A DNA stretch of 31,076 nucleotides from Bacteroides sp. (GCA_022818785.1 CP063811.1:325158-356233); one strand, 5' to 3'; numbered from the stretch's first letter, positions 10,480 to 19,266 are shown. A program made the numbers and translations. Notes: generated by a model not told the origin, from the sequence alone.

Positions 10480-10483
10480 TTTG
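10476..10483 (+). promoter_or_regulatory. putative -7 box (TATATTTG) for the histone-like gene
   Basis: TAnnTTTG match followed by C, upstream of ATG 10566. Confidence 0.4.
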
Positions 10484-10565
10484 CTAAATATAAAAAAATT
10501 ATTTATAATATGTTCTATAATGATTTATTTATATGTTTAATTAATGGATAATTTTTTTTTTAAAA

Positions 10566-10751
10566 ATGAAAAAGTTTGAATATTTTAAAGAAATTTTGTC
10601 TTCTTTAGAAAAAGATGTAGACAAATTCTATAATAAAAATAATGGAGCAGCTGGTACAAGAGTTAGAAAAGGAATGCAAGTATTAAAAAATGTAGCACAA
10701 GAAATTAGATTAGAAGTACAAAGTATAAAACATGCAAATCAAAATAAATAG
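10566..10751 (+). CDS. Bacteroidota histone H1-like (Hc1-family) small nucleoid protein
   Basis: KFYNKNNGAAGTRVRKGMQVLKNVAQEIR matches the family signature (KF..KGN.AAGTR.RK...LK..AQ..R) as recalled. Confidence 0.85.
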   Translation: MKKFEYFKEILSSLEKDVDKFYNKNNGAAGTRVRKGMQVLKNVAQEIRLEVQSIKHANQNK

Positions 10752-10753
10752 AT

Positions 10754-11629
10754 TTATATAATTAAATTACTTTTTATTTCTTTTGACAAATCTGTACTTA
10801 CCTTGGTTAAAGGTAATCTTAGTATATTTTTACATATACCTAAATGGTGTAAAATTTCCTTTATACCAGATGGATTACCTTCTTTTGAGATAAGGGTATT
10901 GATTTTAAAAAGTTTTTTATATATTTTTATAGCTTCTATAAAATTATTTTCAAAACATTTTGTAATCATATTAGATACTAATTTAGGATAAGCATTTCCA
11001 ATTACAGAAATTAATCCATCAGCACCAAGTAATATACTAAAGATTGAAGATATATCATCTCCTGAAAAAAAGAGAAATTTTTTTTCAGTCATATTAATAA
11101 TATTATACATTCTTTGTGTGTCATTACATGATTCTTTTATTCCTATAATATTATCTATTTTGGATAATTTTATGATAGTTTCAATAGATATGTTGATACC
11201 AGTTCTATTAGGAACATTATATATTATAATAGGTAAGAGAGAATTTTCTGATATTTTTGTATAGTGATTTAATATTCCATTTTGAGACGGAATATTGTAA
11301 TATGGTACTACAGATAACAGAGCTTGATATGATTTATCAAAATCAATACTTTTAATCTCATTTATAGTTTTATTAGTATTGTTTCCTCCTATATGAGCTA
11401 TTAATTTAAGTCTATTATTATTAGTTTCAGATACAAATTCAAATAATTTTTTCTTTTCATAATCACTGATAGATGAAGATTCTCCTGTAGTTCCTGCTAT
11501 AACTAAAAAATTAATATCATTTATAATGATATTATTTATTAGTTTTTTAAGAGATATGAAATCTATATTATCATTTTTATCAAAAGGCGTAACTAATGCA
11601 ATTCCTAATTTATTTAAATATGATTTCAT
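10754..11629 (-). CDS. dapA: 4-hydroxy-tetrahydrodipicolinate synthase
   Basis: ALVTPF, GTTGES, PYYN, YNVPNRTG, GIKES (Schiff-base Lys), SGDD, RLPL. Confidence 0.96.
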   Translation of the reverse strand: MKSYLNKLGIALVTPFDKNDNIDFISLKKLINNIIINDINFLVIAGTTGESSSISDYEKKKLFEFVSETNNNRLKLIAHIGGNNTNKTINEIKSIDFDKSYQALLSVVPYYNIPSQNGILNHYTKISENSLLPIIIYNVPNRTGINISIETIIKLSKIDNIIGIKESCNDTQRMYNIINMTEKKFLFFSGDDISSIFSILLGADGLISVIGNAYPKLVSNMITKCFENNFIEAIKIYKKLFKINTLISKEGNPSGIKEILHHLGICKNILRLPLTKVSTDLSKEIKSNLII

Positions 11630-11641
11630 TTTTTAGTTTTT

Positions 11642-12184
11642 TTATAAAGAGAAATAATATTGAAAATTTTTGATAAAATTTTCAATATTTTTATCTTTTT
11701 TTAAATCAAATATTAAATCTAAATATTTAATATTTGATTTGTTATAAGGGCCGATTCTAAATTTTGCATTAGATCTTCCAGTTATATAATTAATTGGTAA
11801 ACAAGAGTAAAAACTTATAGATATAAGTATATCAAATTCTTTTTTTATAAAATTTTGTATAATCATAGAATTAGGATGAAAAATGAAATTGATATTTTTA
11901 TTGTTAAAACTATTAACAGATAATAAATCATATTCATAATTTTTCACATATTCTTTTTTATTTTTCAAATAATATAATAAAAAAATTTTTTTTTCAAAAA
12001 AACATAAAAAATTTATCATTTTTTCCATAGATAACATATCAACATTATTATCAACATTATATAATATACCTATACTTTGTGCGTCTTGAAAAGAATTAGA
12101 ATAATGTTTAATATTATCTTTTTTAATTTTATTATCTAATAATGTATATCCTATTTTATTTCTTATACTATCTAATATTATCAT
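11642..12184 (-). CDS. conserved Bacteroidota hypothetical protein (DUF6913-like)
   Basis: SIGILY, FIKKEFDILI, SNAKFRIG pattern and position immediately upstream of dapA; family name from recall. Confidence 0.6.
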   Translation of the reverse strand: MIILDSIRNKIGYTLLDNKIKKDNIKHYSNSFQDAQSIGILYNVDNNVDMLSMEKMINFLCFFEKKIFLLYYLKNKKEYVKNYEYDLLSVNSFNNKNINFIFHPNSMIIQNFIKKEFDILISISFYSCLPINYITGRSNAKFRIGPYNKSNIKYLDLIFDLKKDKNIENFIKNFQYYFSL

Positions 12185-14203
12185 TTTTTATCATTGTTAA
12201 AAAAAAATCAATAGATATAATATTAATTTTCATTTTTTTAGCTTTTAATACTTTAGAAGGACCCATATTCTTTCCTCCTATTATGTAACTAACTTTATGA
12301 GATACATTTTTAGTAATTATTCCTCCGTTGTCTATAACAATAGAATTTAATTTATTTCTACTATAATTTTCAAAAACACCAGATATAACAAATATTTTAC
12401 CATTCAATATATATCTTTTTTGATTATTATTGATATATTGTATTTTTATGTTAAATTGCATTAATTTATCAATTTTTTCGATATTATTCTTTTTATGAAA
12501 AAATGTTACTATTGAATTAGCAGTTTTTTCACCTATATTAGGTATCTTCATTAAAGATTCTAGTTTAGCATTTATTAGAAGATGTATATTGCTATAGCTA
12601 TAACTTATTTTTTTTGCTGATTCTATTCCAACATAATTAATACCTAAAGAAAATATAAAATTTTTAAAATTAACATTTTTAGATAAATTAATATTGTATA
12701 TTAATTTATCTAAAAATAAATTTGAAAATCCTTTAATATTTAAAATTTTATTTTTAAACTTTTCTATGTTAAATAAATCAGTATAATCCTTTAAAATTTT
12801 ATTTTCGTACAATATTTTTATAGTATGAAAATTTATATCACGGATATTCATAGCATCTTTTGAAATAAAATGTACAATTTGATTGATTATTTGCATTGTA
12901 CAATTTTTACTATTATTACAATAATATAAATTATTATATCTTTTTAAGATATAATTACATGAAGGACAATTATTTACATGAATAAATTGTATAGATTGAT
13001 TTCTTTTTTGAAAATTAACCCCTATAATTTTTGGTATTATTTCTCCTCCTTTTTGAATATAAACATGATCATTTACTCTTAAATCTAGTTTAGATATTTC
13101 TACATGATTATATAAATTGATACTACTAATGATAGTACCAGATATTTTTATCGGATTAATTTTAGCTATTGGTGTAATTAAGCCAGTTCTACCCACTTGA
13201 TAATATATAGCATTTAAAGTACTTTCAACAACTTCAGAATTATATTTATATGCTATTGCCCATTTAGGATATTTAGATGTAACCCCTAAATAAGAACGTA
13301 TTTTGTACTGATTAATTTTTATAACAATTCCATCTATATAAAAATCTAGTTTATTTTTTATATTAGAATAAAAATCTATATAGTTATTTATTTGATTTAT
13401 ATCATTACATAATTTTATATCATTAGATACATTTAATCCGTACTTTTTAATAATATTTAAATTCATATAATGATTGTCTATTATCATATCATTTTCATAA
13501 CAATATGAATCATATATATAATAATTTAAAATATTATTATATATCGGATTATAATTATGTAACTTAACAATACCAATAATAAAATTTCTACCACTATTGA
13601 ATGGATGCATATTATTTTTTTTTCTATAGTTATTAATATAATCCAGTTTTTTTTTTAAAATAAAAATTTCTCCTCTAAATTCTATAATAGAATTTTTTTT
13701 TTGAAATTACTAAGCTTATAGGGTATATCTAACATATAATTTAGATTATATGTAATATTTTCACCATATATGCCATTTCCTCTTGTAATTGCTTTATTAA
13801 AAATTCCATTTATATAAATTAACGATATTGCAACTCCATCAAATTTTAATTCACAAACATAGTTATATTTATATTTAAAATCTTTTTCAATTTTATTATT
13901 ATATTCTAATACATCATTTTTAGTGTATACACTATTTAAAGACAACATTGGACTAATATGTTTATGCAACATATTTTTTTTAATTTTTAAAAATTTTATT
14001 TCATTAAAAACATTGTTTGTAGGTGATATTTCTTTTTTATATATAGGATATTTTTTTTCTAAAATATTTAGTCTTTTAATTAAAATATCAAATTCATAAT
14101 CTGTAATAGAAGGTTGTCCTAAAATATAATAATCATAATTACATTGATCTATAATTTTATATAATTTATTTATTTCTTGCTTAGGATCATTCAAATAATT
14201 CAT
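12168..14203 (-). CDS. ligA: NAD-dependent DNA ligase, frameshifted at an A10 tract (13702-13693); +1 A restores a 678-aa ORF
   Basis: 5' ORF: YY...P.ITDYEFD, PMLSL, ELKFDG, TRGNG..GENIT. 3' frame: EFRGEI, DGIVIK, PKWAIAYK, QVGRTG, KGGEIIP, C4 Zn finger, HhH and BRCT domains. Confidence 0.95.
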
Positions 14204-14646
14204 TTAAATATTATTTTCTTTTTATTTTTATTAATAAAAGCATCTATTGCATTCTTATAAGAATCCAATCCAAATCCTATTATAACTCCATAACAACAAC
14301 ATGATATGTAAGAAGTATGCCTATAATATTCTCTTTGGTATATATTAGAAATATGTACTTCAATAACAGGTATATTGATTGATTTAATGCAATCTGCAAT
14401 TGCAATTGAAGTATGACTAAAAGCTCCTGCATTTAATATGATTCCAATACAATTAGTATTATTTATATTTTGTAATTTATCTATTATTAATCCTTCTGAA
14501 TTGCTTTGATAATAGCTAATAAAAATATTATTATATTCATTAACAAGATATTTATAATAATTTTCAAAATTAACATTACCATATATATTTTTTTCTCTTT
14601 TACCAATCATGTTAAGGTTAGGCCCATTAATAATACTGATATTCAT
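14200..14646 (-). CDS. aroQ: type II 3-dehydroquinate dehydratase
   Basis: INGPNLNMIGKRE..IYG, QSNSEG, NAGAFSHTSIAIAD, EVHISNIYQRE; TGA stop overlaps ligA ATG. Confidence 0.97.
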   Translation of the reverse strand: MNISIINGPNLNMIGKREKNIYGNVNFENYYKYLVNEYNNIFISYYQSNSEGLIIDKLQNINNTNCIGIILNAGAFSHTSIAIADCIKSINIPVIEVHISNIYQREYYRHTSYISCCCYGVIIGFGLDSYKNAIDAFINKNKKKIIFK

Positions 14647-14740
14647 AAAAGGGGGTATATTTTATATTAAATATAATATGTAATTATTAAAGAAAGATAT
14701 AAATTTATACAAAAAACTACAAATTATAATTAATTTTTAT

Positions 14741-14917
14741 ATGCAAAAAATGTTTATCAAAATATGTATAGGTATAATATTGACAATATTAGGAGCTTTA
14801 TTGAGATATATTAACATTAAAATATATTCAATATCTTTAATATCAAATTGTATATTTTGGCTAGGATGTGTATTATTAATATATAATCTAGTGTTGTTTA
14901 TTAATGAAGAAAATTAA
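14741..14917 (+). CDS. 58-aa small membrane protein (two predicted TM helices), unknown function
   Basis: Manual translation MQKMFIKICIGIILTILGALLRYINIKIYSISLISNCIFWLGCVLLIYNLVLFINEEN; fills the largest otherwise empty gap and ends 8 nt before dnaX; below the ORF-track cutoff. Confidence 0.65.
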   Translation: MQKMFIKICIGIILTILGALLRYINIKIYSISLISNCIFWLGCVLLIYNLVLFINEEN

Positions 14918-14925
14918 CATTTTAT

Positions 14926-15987
14926 ATGGAAAATTATTCCTCACTAGCTGTTAAATATAGGCCTAGTAATTTCAAAGATATTATAGGACAAAAAGATATT
15001 ACAAATTTTTTACAAAAAGCTATTCAAATTAATAAAATTCCTCATACGATTTTATTTTATGGCAACAAAGGTATAGGAAAAACAAGTTGTGCACGTATTT
15101 TTTCTAAATCTGTTAATTGTATAAATTTTACAAAATCATTAGAATCTTGTAATATTTGTATAAATTGTAAAAGCAATAATATCAATATTAAAGAAATTGA
15201 CGCTGCTTCTAATAATTCAGTTGAAAATATTAGAAATATAATTGCACAATTAAATTATAAACCATATATAGGTAATTATAATATATATATTATTGATGAA
15301 GCGCATATGCTTTCTCAAAGTGCATTTAATGCATTATTAAAAACTATAGAAGAACCTCCTAATCATGTAATATTTATTTTAATTACAACAGAAAAATATA
15401 AAATAATACCTACTGTATTATCTAGATGTCAAATTTTTGAATTTAAAACAATATCTGAAAAAGATATAATAGATAATTTAAAAATTATTGCTTTAAAAGA
15501 AAATTTTAAAATAAAAGATGAATTTTTTTTAGAAATTGCAAATAGATGTGATGGATCTTTTAGAGATTCTTTATTTCTTTTGGATAAATTGTCATTATCT
15601 TCAAATAGTAGTGATTTAAATAATCAAATTCAAATTACTAACAAGCATAAATATATTTTTTTAATAAAAAATATTTGTAATAAAGATATTACAAAATCTT
15701 TACATACATTAAATGAATTATTATATAAAAATACAGAATATAGATATGTCATTTATATGTTAACAACTCATATAAGAAATATGCTTATTTTATTTAATAA
15801 TAAAAATGAAGATATATGTGATTTTGAAGAAATTAAATTTCATTATCTTAAACTAATTAAATTAATTAATATTAATTTTATAATAAATGCTATAAAAATA
15901 ATGCATGAATGTGATATTAATTACTATAGATCTTATAATAAAAAATTACATATTGAAATATCTATAATTAAGATATGTGCTTTTTAA
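14926..15987 (+). CDS. dnaX: DNA polymerase III subunit gamma/tau (gamma-sized, 353 aa)
   Basis: LAVKYRP, GNKGIGKT, Cys Zn module, EIDAASNNSV, IIDEAHMLS, LLKTIEEPP, SRCQ. Confidence 0.96.
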   Translation: MENYSSLAVKYRPSNFKDIIGQKDITNFLQKAIQINKIPHTILFYGNKGIGKTSCARIFSKSVNCINFTKSLESCNICINCKSNNINIKEIDAASNNSVENIRNIIAQLNYKPYIGNYNIYIIDEAHMLSQSAFNALLKTIEEPPNHVIFILITTEKYKIIPTVLSRCQIFEFKTISEKDIIDNLKIIALKENFKIKDEFFLEIANRCDGSFRDSLFLLDKLSLSSNSSDLNNQIQITNKHKYIFLIKNICNKDITKSLHTLNELLYKNTEYRYVIYMLTTHIRNMLILFNNKNEDICDFEEIKFHYLKLIKLININFIINAIKIMHECDINYYRSYNKKLHIEISIIKICAF

Positions 15988-16019
15988 AATTAAAAATGGA
16001 ATATATTATAATATTTTTT

Positions 16020-16027
16020 TATTTTTG
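16020..16027 (+). promoter_or_regulatory. putative -7 box (TATTTTTG) for rplS-murA
   Basis: TAnnTTTG match ending 19 nt upstream of rplS ATG. Confidence 0.45.
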
Positions 16028-16046
16028 TATAAAAAACATATAAAAT

Positions 16047-16388
16047 ATGATTTTGACAAACGATTTATTACAACAAAGTGATAATAAAGAAAAATTATAC
16101 AATTTTAAGTCTGGAGATACTATAGCAATATATTATAAAATACATGAAGGAGATAAAGAACGTATACAAATTTTCCAAGGAACTGTTATTCAAATAAAAG
16201 GTCATAGTTCAAATAAAACTTTTACAGTGCGTAAAATTTCTAATAATATAGGTGTAGAAAAAATATTTCCTTTTAATTCTCCAAATATTAGCAAAATAAA
16301 GCTCATAAATCAAGGTATTGTAAGACAATCTAAAATATTCTATATAAGAGATAAATATGGTAAAAAATCAAAAATAAAAAAGAAATGA
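16047..16388 (+). CDS. rplS: 50S ribosomal protein L19
   Basis: FKSGDT, EGDKERIQIFQGTVI, TFTVRKIS..IGVEKIFP, G.VR.SK.FY.R. Confidence 0.97.
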   Translation: MILTNDLLQQSDNKEKLYNFKSGDTIAIYYKIHEGDKERIQIFQGTVIQIKGHSSNKTFTVRKISNNIGVEKIFPFNSPNISKIKLINQGIVRQSKIFYIRDKYGKKSKIKKK

Positions 16389-16394
16389 TTTTTA

Positions 16395-17699
16395 ATGGAA
16401 TATTTTGAAATTATAGGAAATAATAAATTAGAAGGATGTGTCACTCCTCAAGGATCTAAAAATGAAGCTTTACAAATTATAGCTGCTACCATTTTAACTG
16501 ATCATAAAGTTACAATAAAAAATATACCTAACATTAGAGATGTTAATATATTAATTGATATTTTAGATAATTTAGGAGTTACAATAAAAAAAATAAATAA
16601 TAATATTTATTCTTTTCAAGCAAAAACGATAAATTTAAATTATTTATTTTCAGAAAATTATAAAAAATCTACTTTATTAATACGAGGGTCCATTTTATTA
16701 ATAGGCCCTTTATTATCTAGATATGGTTTTGTAAAAATGTTTAATCCTGGTGGCGATAAAATTGGAAGAAGAAAAATTGACACACATTTATTAGCATTAA
16801 AGCATATGGGTGCTGTAATTAATTTTTATCATAATACATTTGATATATCTTGTAAAAAGTTAAAAGGTGGATATATAATATTAGAAGAAGCATCAGTAAC
16901 TGGAACTGCAAATATTATAATGGCATCTGTTTTAGCAAAAGGTAAGACATATATATATAATGCCGCTTGTGATCCATACATAACGCAATTATGTATTATG
17001 CTTTGCAATATGGGAGCTCAAATATCGGGAATAAGATCTAATTTATTAATAATAAATGGAGTAGATTACTTGATAGGCACTCAACATAATATATCATCAG
17101 ATATTATAGAAATAGGAAGCTTTATAGGATTATCTGCTGTAACTAATTCTAATATTAGAATCAATAATATTGATATGGAATTTATGCATGTTATAATAAA
17201 TAATTTTAAAAAATTAGGCATTAATATTGATATCATTAATAATGATATATTAATTACAGATAATAAACACTATTCAATATCAAAATATATAGACGGATCT
17301 ATATTAACTATTTCAGATGCCCCATGGCCAGGATTGACTCCTGATTTAATTAGTATTATTATTGTAACAGCTATTCAAGCTGAAGGTAATATTTTAATAC
17401 ACCAAAAAATGTTTGAAAGTAGATTATTTTTTGTAGATAAATTAATAGATATGGGTGGACAAATTATATTATGTGACCCACACAGAGCCGTTGTTATGGG
17501 GTTAAACAGAAAAAATAATTTACAAGGAACAAATATGACTTCACCTGATATAAGAGCTGGAGTATCATTATTAATAGCAGCATTATCAGCTAATGGTAAA
17601 AGTATAATAAAAAATATTGAACAAATAGACAGAGGGTATGAAAACATTGATAAAAAAATTAATCTTATAGGCGGTAAAATCAATAGAATATTTATTTAA
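16395..17699 (+). CDS. murA: UDP-N-acetylglucosamine 1-carboxyvinyltransferase
   Basis: QGSKNEAL, RGSI, PGGDKIGRR, SVTGTAN, PWPGLTPD, MFESR, SPDIRAG, IDRGYE. Confidence 0.97.
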   Translation: MEYFEIIGNNKLEGCVTPQGSKNEALQIIAATILTDHKVTIKNIPNIRDVNILIDILDNLGVTIKKINNNIYSFQAKTINLNYLFSENYKKSTLLIRGSILLIGPLLSRYGFVKMFNPGGDKIGRRKIDTHLLALKHMGAVINFYHNTFDISCKKLKGGYIILEEASVTGTANIIMASVLAKGKTYIYNAACDPYITQLCIMLCNMGAQISGIRSNLLIINGVDYLIGTQHNISSDIIEIGSFIGLSAVTNSNIRINNIDMEFMHVIINNFKKLGINIDIINNDILITDNKHYSISKYIDGSILTISDAPWPGLTPDLISIIIVTAIQAEGNILIHQKMFESRLFFVDKLIDMGGQIILCDPHRAVVMGLNRKNNLQGTNMTSPDIRAGVSLLIAALSANGKSIIKNIEQIDRGYENIDKKINLIGGKINRIFI

Positions 17700-19213
17700 A
17701 TTTTAATTATATATTTTCTAGAAACTCTAAATGATATATTTGATATTAATTCATAAATACTAATATTAGATATATCTGATATTCTTTTTAATGAATTAAA
17801 ACTATTAAAGATTGTTACAGTGTCATTTTTTTTACAATTTAATCCTGTTACATTTAACATTGTCATATCCATACATATATTGCCAATAATATTAACTTTG
17901 TTATTTTTAATTTCAAAAAAACCATTTTTTTTACCATAAATTGTAAATAATCCATCTCCATATCCAATATTGACTGTTGCAATTTTAGAATTTTTATCTA
18001 CAATACCATTACAATTATACCCTATATATTCATTTTTTTTAACATTTTTAATTTGAATTATTGAGGTATTTAATTTTGAGGCAAAATTAATATTAGATAA
18101 ACTATATGTTAAATCTATTCCATAAATGCCTATTCCAATTCTTATCATATCAAATGAAGCATAAGGATAATTGACTATTCCTGCTGTATTTGCAATATGA
18201 AATAATATTTTATTATTTTTAATTTTTTTATTAAAAACAGAGATAATATGTTTAAATAAATCAATTTGTTTATGGCAAAAATCTTTTAATTTTGTTATTT
18301 TGCTGGATGATAAATGAGAAAATACAGATTTTATATCAAAAAAAACTTTATACTTTGACAGTATGTATAATAATTTAGTAATATCATTATACTCAAAACC
18401 CAATCGATTCATTCCAGTATTAAATTTAATATGAATGGGAAAATTATATATTTTGTTTTTATATAAGTAATGAATCAATATATTTAATGTATTAAAATCA
18501 TATAAAACTGGCTCTAATTTGTAGTAAATAATGATATCCAATGAATCTAAATCGGAATTCATAACAACTATTGGAATATTAATTCCTTTTTTTCTCAATT
18601 GAATTCCTTCTTCGACACATGCAACTCCTAAATAGCTAATTTTTTTATTATAATATTGCAGTATATTACCTATAATATTACCAAATCCATAAAAATAAGA
18701 TTTTGCCATAATCATTATTTTTACATTTGATGCATTGATTTTAGATCTATAAAGATCAATGTTTTTTATAATAGAATTTAAATCTATAATTAGATTTGTT
18801 TTATTTATAGGTTTTCCTAAAAAAGAATTAATCTTTATAAGATTACTTTTTTTTAAAGCTTTAATTAGTATATCACAATCATATAATTTTAAAAAATGTA
18901 TTATATCATGATTTTTATAAAAAATATGTGTGATATTAATAATATTTTTGTGATTAATAAATCCTATTTCACTATGAAATAAAATAACTTTATGTAAAAT
19001 ATTTTTGTTTAGTAAATCAAATAAATAATATTTTACATGGGAACAAACATAATTATCACTTAGTATAAAATCACATATTATTAATATTTTTTTATTATTA
19101 CTAATTCGTATTAAAAAATCTAATGATTTTTTTAAAGAAGAGAAATACTTATTGCAATCATTTAATATAGTATTATTATAATATCCTTCATAAAGCAACA
19201 AATCTCTTTTCAT
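17696..19213 (-). CDS. alr: alanine racemase with N-terminal remnant of the MurF C-terminal domain (eroded MurF-Alr fusion)
   Basis: IDL..I..N, MAKSYFYGFG (PLP Lys), YLGVA..EEG..LR, HIKFNTGMNRLG, RIGIGIYG, IGY (catalytic Tyr), GYGDG, GNICMDM; extra ~135 aa N-terminus. Confidence 0.92.
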   Translation of the reverse strand: MKRDLLLYEGYYNNTILNDCNKYFSSLKKSLDFLIRISNNKKILIICDFILSDNYVCSHVKYYLFDLLNKNILHKVILFHSEIGFINHKNIINITHIFYKNHDIIHFLKLYDCDILIKALKKSNLIKINSFLGKPINKTNLIIDLNSIIKNIDLYRSKINASNVKIMIMAKSYFYGFGNIIGNILQYYNKKISYLGVACVEEGIQLRKKGINIPIVVMNSDLDSLDIIIYYKLEPVLYDFNTLNILIHYLYKNKIYNFPIHIKFNTGMNRLGFEYNDITKLLYILSKYKVFFDIKSVFSHLSSSKITKLKDFCHKQIDLFKHIISVFNKKIKNNKILFHIANTAGIVNYPYASFDMIRIGIGIYGIDLTYSLSNINFASKLNTSIIQIKNVKKNEYIGYNCNGIVDKNSKIATVNIGYGDGLFTIYGKKNGFFEIKNNKVNIIGNICMDMTMLNVTGLNCKKNDTVTIFNSFNSLKRISDISNISIYELISNISFRVSRKYIIKI

Positions 19214-19232
19214 ATAAGTTAAAATACTATAA

Positions 19233-19266
19233 AATATTATGATCTATAAATATAGATCATAATATT
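19233..19266 (-). terminator. perfect AT-rich hairpin downstream of ilvC; likely intrinsic terminator of the ilv operon
   Basis: AATATTATGATCTATA-AA-TATAGATCATAATATT, a 16-bp perfect inverted repeat 11 nt past the ilvC stop; only a short U tail on the minus strand. Confidence 0.65.

Noticed and set aside
10355-10540. 61-aa ORF on + strand
   Set aside because: Antisense to the rnpB catalytic core; no recognisable protein motif
12168-14203. ligA as two genuine subunits, an intein/intron-containing gene, or a dead pseudogene
   Set aside because: The 71-nt gap itself encodes the conserved EFRGE motif in the downstream frame; a single +1 base joins the halves, with no insertion and no other lesions
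14651-14655. G5 run just upstream of aroQ, conspicuous in AT-rich DNA
   Set aside because: Wrong strand for a Shine-Dalgarno, an in-frame stop prevents an N-terminal extension, and there is no pairing partner; no function can be supported
16755-16757. MurA active-site Cys replaced by Asp (PGGDKIG)
   Set aside because: This is the usual fosfomycin-insensitive form in Bacteroidota and not specific to this genome
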